The position numbers and the translations under genes were made by a program. A stretch of DNA of 64,000 nt from Octopus vulgaris (Eukaryota). Of this stretch, positions 53,720 through 64,000 are shown piece by piece. The stretch lies in assembly GCA_951406725.2 (NCBI GenBank), contig OX597814.1, forward strand, positions 59,706,001-59,770,000. Direction: 5' to 3'. The notes below the pieces were generated by a model. The model searched no databases. It was given only the letters and a program-made list of their open reading frames with translations, and had not been told where the DNA came from. Each line of letters opens with the position of its first letter. Position 1 is the first letter of the stretch.

Positions 53720-54346
53720 CAAATATTGCAGATGCACTTTGATTTCACTATATATTTGATTTTGCCGATATCCACATAAAATAGTCGATACGTAGAGCAA
53801 CGTTAGAATCCAATACAAGCCACTTATTCCACTCTTTTGCATACGGTATAATCGGATGTCTGCTTTTTACGTTTCGGTTTCGTAGTTAATAGGATTTGAT
53901 GTCCTGTTGTTTAAACAAAACCTTCGGATGCTTGGTCACTTTCATCTTTCTCTAAAATGCTTCATGTCTACAAACTATATATGTATATGATATTTGGCAT
54001 TGCTACATACTGTTTTATTTGAATATTATCACACGACATGTAACTATTAATGTATAATGGTGTATCTACATATTGTCACTACTTCATATAAAACATTCCG
54101 GAAATTTATTGAAAAATACGTTTTGTTTCTGTAATGTAAAAATACTTTTGTGGACACATATGCTTGAGGTATGTAATACTGTTGCAATAAAACGAACCCA
54201 CAAATGGACATCTATTAAGATATATTACAGAATAATCTATGATTTCTATCCCTTCCATGATGTATATTTTGAGCATTTGTTATCAAACGGTATCAAAACA
54301 TTGATATATGCATACATACACACACACATATACACACAAACACTCT

Positions 54347-54379
<33 letters not shown>

Positions 54380-54409
54380 GAATACATTCATATACACACA
54401 CACACAGAA

Positions 54410-55789
<1,380 letters not shown>

Positions 55790-55834
55790 AGCGGAAAAGC
55801 CAGCGTTGGGGATTAAATGACATATGTTATTGTT

Positions 55835-56087
55835 TTATTTCTTTAAGTCATGTGACGGTGGCCATGCTGTACCACCGCCTTTAGTCGAAGAAATCCACCC
55901 CAGGTATTATTCTTAGCAAGCCTAGTACTTATTCTATTTAGCCAAGCGTCTAGGTTAAAGTGTCGTACCACAGCAACATCCGTCTTCAAGCGATGATGGA
56001 GCTAGAAACAGACTCACACACAAACAAATATATCCATATATACGACAGTCTTCATTCAGTTTCCGTGTACGAATTCCTCTCACAAGA
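55835..56087 (-). mobile_element. Family B SINE, partial
   Basis: gtggccatgctgtaccaccgcctttagtcgaa...aagcctagtacttattcta...cagtttccgt. Confidence 0.7.
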
Positions 56088-56127
56088 CATATATATAGAC
56101 ATATAGACAGATATACATATACAAATG

Positions 56128-56212
<85 letters not shown>

Positions 56213-56229
56213 TCATTACTGTTTAACTC

Positions 56230-56500
56230 TTTTACTTGCTTCAATCATTTGACTGCGGCCTCTGGGAGCACCGCCTTTAGTCGAGCAAATCAAAGCAGGA
56301 CTTATTCTTTGTAAGCCTAGTACTTATTCTATTGGTCTCTTTTGCCGAACCGCTAGGCTACGGTGGCGTAAACACACCTCCATCCGTTGTCAAGTGTTGT
56401 TGAGGGGACAAAAACAGACACACAAACGCACACACATATATATACATATACATATATGCGATGGGCTTCTTTTCATATTCTGTCTACTAAATCCACTCTC
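56230..56500 (-). mobile_element. Family B SINE, truncated where the Penelope-like element begins
   Basis: ttttacttgcttcaatcatttgactgcggcc...tagtcgagcaaatc...aagcctagtacttattctattggtc...tctactaaatccactctcaagg. Confidence 0.75.
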
Positions 56501-57955
56501 AAGGAATCTTTATCAACCTTTGGAAACCCCCTCTCTCAATACATAAAAGAGAATTGGAAACGATTACTGGACGATTGTTTTATACTCTGGAATGAAAACA
56601 CAGATAAACACCTAAAATTCAAAAACCTATTGAACAGCATCAACCCAAATATACAGTTCACAATGGAATACAACCAAAAGGAGCTTCCATTCTTAGATAT
56701 ACTAATTTAAAAAAATAACCTTAAAATAGAAACACATTTTTTACAAAGCCACAGACGCCAAACAATACCTACTTTTTGACTCATGCCACCCAAGACACAC
56801 TAAAACAAACATCCCTTTCAACCTTGCAAGAAGGATATGCACAATAGTGTCAGAACAAAATACCAGGAACTTTAGACTACAAGAACTCAAAAACACTCTA
56901 ACTGACAGACACTACCCAGCTCAACTCATAGAGGATGGGATCAGACGTGCAACAGAAATCGACATAGAAACTTTGAGAAAAGTTCAACACAACAACACAC
57001 CTTCCCCGAAAATACTGCCTTACATGTCCACATACAACCCCAGAAACAAAGAAGCCTTCACCATCATCACCCAGAATTTACCAATACTTCATAAGGAGCC
57101 CAAATTAAAGGAAATTCTAAACATACATAAAATCATTAAATGCCACAAACAACCTAAATCACTTAAAAAGATTCTCACAAAGGCAAAATTGCTTTCTTTA
57201 ATTACGGATGCAAAAGTAAAAAAATGTGGTAGACCAAACTGTGCAATATGCCCAAACCTTCTAGAAGGATCAGAATTCCTCTTCAAAGAGGGACAAAAAT
57301 TCAAGATCATATCTAATTTTACTATGTCTGAAAACATAATTTATGTCATAAGATGCTCTTTACACTTAATAACGAAATCATAACACTCAGACGTAGATGC
57401 ACACTGCAACGACAACAGATTGCATTCCCAGAATACAGAATGATACCCTTTAGTGAGCATATTGAGAAATACGCAAAGCAACTACTACCACAATTTTTAA
57501 TCTTTCCATTTTATCAATCTGGTATTGGAACACCAATACAAATTAGACTAAACAAGGAAACATTCTTCATTGAAAAATATAAGCCCAAACTTAACCACTC
57601 TAACATCCTTATACAGAGAAACTCACCCCATTAAGTAAAGAAGGCCAGAAATATAAAGCGATTATCTTCCTTACACCGGTAGAAATCACTTATTACCTCC
57701 TCTTACCTGGAACTCTTCTTTACACTTAATAACGAAATCATTACACGATGTTTTGAGAAATTTGAAAAGTTAAAACGAAACCGGTAATTTCTTCAAAAAC
57801 TATGTCACTGTATGAAAAAAAATTTATAACATTCTTCTGACATAATGACTCAAATATATATTTTTTTAACCTTATAAAACAAGCCTTCTGTAGTTGTTTC
57901 ACTTTTTACCGTTTTCTATATATTCAACCACGTGCTTTCACACACCAACTTTCTC
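56501..57955 (+). mobile_element. 5'-truncated Penelope-like retroelement (RT C-terminus, thumb, CCxC linker, GIY-YIG endonuclease, 3' terminal region)
   Basis: WKRLLDDCFILW, INPNIQFTME...LPFLDI, YLLFDSCHP..TK.NIPFNLARRIC, YP..LI, TYNP, KKCGRPNCAICP, NIIYVIRC, TLRRR...HIE, RLNKETFFI..YKPKLN. Confidence 0.9.
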
Positions 57956-57960
57956 ACATA

Positions 57961-58005
<45 letters not shown>

Positions 58006-58230
58006 GTATATTCATATATATATATATATAGGACATGGAATGTAAAAGCCGGACTGGATTATTTTATGCGCAACTCCATTGTCTCCAGAGGTAAAAAAGG
58101 ATGCCAACAACAACAACAATATGTATATGTATATATATATATATGTATATATATACACACACATACACATATATATATATATATATGTGCTGTGTGTGTA
58201 TGTATGTATGTATGTATGTATGTATGTATG

Positions 58231-58261
<31 letters not shown>

Positions 58262-58389
58262 TGCGAGATAATAGTTACACTTTTAATAGTTTCACTATTC
58301 GTAGTGGAAAGTATGAAAAGTGAAACTATCATCTCACGTTACATTAGATATGTTATTGTTTCACTTTTAACTCGTAATACTGAAACAGT

Positions 58390-58560
58390 CTAACATGTTG
58401 CTGCGGGCTCGCATAAGGCAAGGTGTTGGAAATTGTTTCGGCCCTTCACACTCCATGGACTCTACGTAGTGCATCATGTGTAAAATTGGAATGAAATCGT
58501 TTGGGTAGTTCTCGCGTATTAGTGACACACAGATACACACACACACTTTAAACCGAAAAT
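58390..58560 (-). mobile_element. Possible HINE/DINE-1-like fragment
   Basis: Minus strand tgtgtg-repeat followed by aactacccaaacgatttcattccaattttacaca resembles the HINE core. Confidence 0.3.
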
Positions 58561-60970
58561 AGCCGCATTATAAGCAATGACAGAATCGTATGTCCGAAGA
58601 TAAACCGGAAATAATTAGTACTATCACGTCCACAAAAATAACAACCTCGTCTTTAAGAGCATGTATCTTTGAAAAGGTTAAACGAAAGCGTTCACTCAGA
58701 GAATGTATCCACCTGTCGGAAAAATAATTTAAGATGAAATAAGACATCATTTCCAGTGCAACTTCCTGACACCCAAGAGACCGAAATACAACTAAACTAT
58801 AAACAAAACGGGGAAAACATAAGAGACGAGATATACGAGTCAGTGAGGAATGCGCAAGAAGTAAAAGCAATTTATGAAATGGCGAGAAACGCGTAAATGA
58901 CACCTGTATATGTTTCGCTATAGAAGAAATATATAACAATATATCAGTGGATGCACCTGAATTCCTAGAACAAGATAAAACAAAATGAACATGAGATATC
59001 AAAGGAATAGTGTATAATTATACTTGAGAGAGTTATAACCCTATCGTCTTGGAAATATATTTATCTATTGCGTATCAAAGTACTAAATACACTAAGAAAG
59101 AAATTAAGGGGGAAAAAACGTCATTCAATGGTCTGTTGATTTAGTGTTCTTGATATTTAATGATGTTAATATACAAGAAAAGAAAAATTGTTAGCGGTAA
59201 ACAAATATATGAAACCTTATGGAATAAATATCAACATTGAAAGAATGATATTAAAAAGAAAATAGTAAAATATATTTATTGACGAATTGTGCGAAAATAA
59301 AAACTTCATACTTTCACTTGAATCAATTGTTAGATATTCTTATATTATGATTGTGTTCATGAATAGAAATAAAGCTTCTGAGAATTAAAAAGAAATAATC
59401 GGTTTAAAGTGTCGGTTGTAACATTATTTTTTTTCTATTGTGTATTCTCGTTTATGTTTAGTGACAGAATAAACATGGACATACCATACACAGACACACA
59501 CAAACACACACATACATTAATACGCAGATAAGCAAACATGCACACTAATAGACAGTGTCACACAGAAATATACATATTTATGTGTGTGTGTGTGTGTCTG
59601 TGAGGGTTTGTGTGCGTGTGTGTTTGTGTGTGAGAGAGAGGTGTTTGTCTATGCGTGTATCTATGTATATATATATGTGTGTGTAGACAGAGAGAGAAAA
59701 ATCACACCCACGCACACATACGGACACACACACACACACACACACACACATACTCACACGCATGCACGCACAAAAACGCACAAACACACGATATATAAAA
59801 TCCAAAAACAAGACAGAGCACTCAATGAAATGCTCAATCTAACGTAAGAGCAGAGCTACAAAATTTATTTATAGTATGTGTCCATCTACGTTTTATACAT
59901 TGCTTTAGCTTAGATGTAAATCCCCGGAAAAGACCATCGTCGACATTTTAAAATTTATGATCCCTAAACGGATTCATTGAATTTGTAATTCTCTTCGAAA
60001 TAACAAAGTATGCACAAAAGTATGTATATATCTCGTTCGTGTGAGATCGCACCGATGTGGATAACGCCTACATAAGCTATTGAAATTTCATTCCGGTTGC
60101 ACAGTTTGAATGCAATGTGTGTCAAAAAACCTGCAAGTCACGACGAGTATTGAAGAGGCACTTGAGCATTTATAATAAACAAATGGAAAGTAGGACCATG
60201 ATATATAAACATATTTACATATATGTATGTATATGTATGTATGTAATTATGTATGTATACACGTCCATACGTTCATGGATAGATAGATGGATAGACATTC
60301 ATAACTACATAATAAATATATATATATGTTTACTATACTAGCTTTCAATTTAACATTCATAGATGACTAAAAAAACTTCACTGCAAACTTGAAATTGGAA
60401 TTTTTTTCTAACTTTAATCTAGCTTTAAAATTAATAAGGCTTTCGCCCAGTTAAAAAGTACTATGCCTACTCATAATAATAAGTGATATTTTTTTCCCCT
60501 TTTTTCTCTAAATTACACTCTCTGTGAATGGGATTAGGACCATTTGACATTGACCTAGTTTCTCTCACCAAATAGCAGTAATTGGCATTTATTAGTGGCA
60601 ATTGCTGTCTTCAACATGAATTCCTTTTATGGAGTTCTGAAACCTCCTTTACCCCATTTCTACAATTAAAAGATCATTATTGCTTCTAACCTTACAGTAG
60701 TTAGGAACAGCCATATTTTATTCAATCAGTGGAAAGACTTCACTAACTCATATGTTCTTAAATTTAAATCCACATCTTTGTCTGTATATCTACCTTCTCT
60801 ATAATGTTGCCACTTGATTTGAAAATTTTTGTATTAATGGAAAACCTCTATAATTGGCTAATGAGTACTCAGCATCTTAAATCTGTTGTAATACTTACAA
60901 CATTTAATAAAATGAAGTAGTACGAAGTGATCGTACCAAATTACCGGAGTCATTCTTGTTGCTTATTTTG

Positions 60971-61086
<116 letters not shown>

Positions 61087-62061
61087 CGTATATGTATATC
61101 ACTTAAAGTCAGGATTTAAATGTGAGCTGTCTTAAGTTATATGCTCCGATACTTCTGTAATCGAAAGAACAAATAGAACGCACCGTGTACTATTCTGGGA
61201 TAGTGTAGACTGAAAATGAGCACGGTTGCTTCTTAAAAAAAAGCTAGAAAGAATGTGTCAGAATAAAGGGAAACTAAAGAAAAAACACATGACAAGAACA
61301 AGATGGATAGTAAGAGGATAAGACTGGGAATCAACAATCGTTGGTGAGGATTACGTAGACCGGGAGATGTTAATATTTGCAAGACCATGAGCCCCATCAT
61401 GAGACGGTGATGTTCTCCAGTTCGATAGTAGAAAAGATTCGAGATGCCTGTATTTTATGAAAAATGTAGATCTCAAGTTCAGTAGGTAGTGGAGTTTTTG
61501 CATTTAAAAGTATAGATCTTTGAATAATACAATGCCTGCTCTTCTTTGACTCATTAACGTCTGGGGTTAATCGTTAAGTGATGCTCCACTAAGTTATTGA
61601 TATGCTAGCAGTTTTAGTTTTTATCTACTTGCAGGAAAGAAGGTTAGCCGTTGGCATATCTTTTTTAACAATCACATTCATATAATACAATATACTTTTC
61701 TCTTCCATTCTATTATTTAGAAGTAATGAGATGACCTCGGATTCACCAACACCAGAGCTAACCATGTATTTTACAGTGGAGAAATATCTAGGCTTCTGTT
61801 GTTGCATGTCTGTGTGAGTGCTTAATGTAACTTACGCCTAATAATATTTCTTATGTTGGGGTAGAAGCTCTGAGAATCTTTCACGGAAGGCCTACGAAAA
61901 TTTTCTTACTCGGGTAATGCTAATGGATCTAAGCTATGAATTCTCAACTTATGGTTTTAACATTCAACTTGACAATAGGAGCAAACTATATAATCTTCCA
62001 AGGTCGATTTTTAGGCTTTGTTCTTAGGCCTAGGCTGGAAATCTGGAAATTATAAACACAT

Positions 62062-62111
<50 letters not shown>

Positions 62112-62284
62112 CAGGGTCTATAAAAACAAGTGTATTGAAATAATTATCATATTTAGATAACCATAATATCTATCTTTCGTGAAAATTTCAAGTGAATGGA
62201 ATAAATATTTCGTATGTTATGAGGAAATAAGTAAATCTTCAAAACTGCAACGGTTATTATTATTATTATCAATATTATTACTAT

Positions 62285-62352
<68 letters not shown>

Positions 62353-63604
62353 TATGTTTGAATTTTGCTTTGTATTTGTACACGTTAATTCCAAGTCTCA
62401 CATTATTATTATTATTATTATTATCATCATCATCATCATCGTCATCATCAGTATCATCGTTAGCAGCAGCAGCAGTGTCGCGCGAAAATTTCGTACATGC
62501 AATATTGCTGTTTTTTTTCACCAGAAAAACATGAACCGAGCTGGATTTAAACCACTGTATAAATTAGGTCGTTGCTATATATCCATAAAAGGAATATACA
62601 GAAATAATTTTCTTGTCATATGTACAATATGCATTTGCAGTGCTATTTCTGTATTTGTCTATTGTTATAAACGATTCAAAAGCGCTGCTTCACTTCGGAA
62701 ATAGAACTTTCATCAAATTGTAAGATGTTAAAATGTCTAACACCAAGTGTATTATTTTGACAAACATACGCCATTCAACTCTGCGCTTAGAATTGCAAAT
62801 GAAATTATGGTAGAAATCAACCAATAATGCTTTCTTGTTTATATACTATTGTCAATTCGCTCCAAATTCTTGATTTGCATGTGTTTATTATTTTTATGCA
62901 AATATATATTTTATAAATTTGTTATAGGTTTGATCTGGAGGAATGAGCTGTAAAAAATTTGGGGGACGCAATTGAAAGAGCGCTTAATCAAAATAGCTTT
63001 CTGTGTATTACACTACATGTATATACACCGCAGTAAGGCATGCTACTAAAGTCTTTGCTTGCGAGAAAATCTCTCCATAAACGTATGTTAGAAGCACGAT
63101 ATACATTAAAGCGAAACGAACATCGTCGCAGCAGTGATGTGTTCCGTCCTTCTGAGAGAAATTTAATAGCGCGCTCCCATTTGTAACAAGTTTAAGCGAA
63201 ATTTGTGCCGCGACAGATGAGAAAATTGAATAATATAATCAACGATATTGAGGAAGTCTTGCCAGGCTGAAGGTGGACTTTGCTCTCAAAATTTGATCAC
63301 TATCCAAGATGAGTAAGAATATTGATGTGATTAATATTCTTCTTTTATAGCTGCAACTCAACGATCACAGTACGTATTTATGCTTGAAGATTATTCCAAG
63401 AGAGAGACTCTGAAGAACTAAAGTGGGCGGTTCGTGGTGGGTTTCTTTGCACAGTATATGGGAGGTAGCCAAGAAACTTGAGACGGACAGGCTTTAGTGA
63501 TAGATAAACAGGATTTTATCATGATTCATAGAAGGAAAACGATTGAGCGTGGAGACTGAGAGCGTGTTTGTAAACGGAGACTTGAGTGTGTCGGCCTCAC
63601 AGCG

Positions 63605-63900
63605 CCCATGACTTTCGGAAGCATTTATTCACGCTCAGAGTTGCTGAAGCATGGAACAGACTGCCGGCATCAGTTGTTAGTTGTCGGAGCACTGCATCCT
63701 TCAAAACTTCCAGGCTTCCTGAGATTCACCAACACTACACCTGATCCCCCCACTCCATACACACGCAAGCATGTATCTGACTCATACACTGTTCACTTTC
63801 CAGACATTTGTACATTACTGCATATACTTTATATGCACTTTTGACAAGTTGTGGTGCACCTGAGCACTGTATACAATAATTTCATTATTGTTATTATTAT
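63605..63900 (+). mobile_element. CR1/L2-type LINE 3' end with 3' UTR and (ATT)n tail
   Basis: HDFRKHLFTLRVAEAWNRLPASVVSCRSTASFK matches the R..FF..RV...WN.LP..V...S...FK C-terminal motif of CR1-group ORF2. Confidence 0.8.
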
Positions 63901-64000
63901 ATACCAATATGTCGTATGATTTTTTTTAAGGTAATCTTGGGTTACTGCAAAGGCATTTCAGACACCGGACCAGCACTACATTGTGTTACTAATACATTCT

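Noticed and set aside
53865-53935. Hammerhead-like stem plus GAAA on the minus strand
   Set aside because: No CUGANGA box and no convincing stem I
58568-59002. 144-aa minus-strand ORF
   Set aside because: No motif; hydrophobic bias is expected antisense to A-rich sequence
60103-60175. C2H2 zinc-finger gene exon (FECNVCQKTCKSRRVLKRHLSIY)
   Set aside because: Single finger with the last His lost and no TGEKP linker; more likely the C-terminal finger of a decayed RTE LINE, as near 16660-16720
61140-61430. Possible RTE 3' remnant
   Set aside because: Too decayed to support with a clear motif

Overview
AT-rich eukaryotic (animal) genomic DNA dominated by microsatellites and decayed mobile elements. 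The SINE families and repeat landscape resemble cephalopod (Octopus-like) DNA, which is an inference. No intact host protein-coding gene, rRNA, true tRNA gene or CRISPR array is supportable, and most listed ORFs are microsatellite translations. Recognisable retroelements are R4/Dong-type RLE LINEs of several families (best copy 33897-35892), RTE LINE remnants (one with a PHD finger inside the RT, one with a twin-priming-type 5' inversion), a Penelope-like element (RT + GIY-YIG), a CR1-type 3' end and many tRNA-derived SINEs. Recognisable DNA elements are an AcademX-like XPG fragment, a hATm-like element with ~220-bp TIRs, a hAT, several Tc1/mariner copies and a HINE/DINE-1-like element. Less obvious signals are a disabled LYPLAL1-like fragment (49044-49412), one well-formed and several degenerate type I hammerhead ribozyme motifs, a 144-bp hairpin with three symmetric TC/TC mismatches, and apparent microsatellite-specific targeting and nesting among LINEs and SINEs. 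All family assignments come from motif recognition by eye; no database searches were run.
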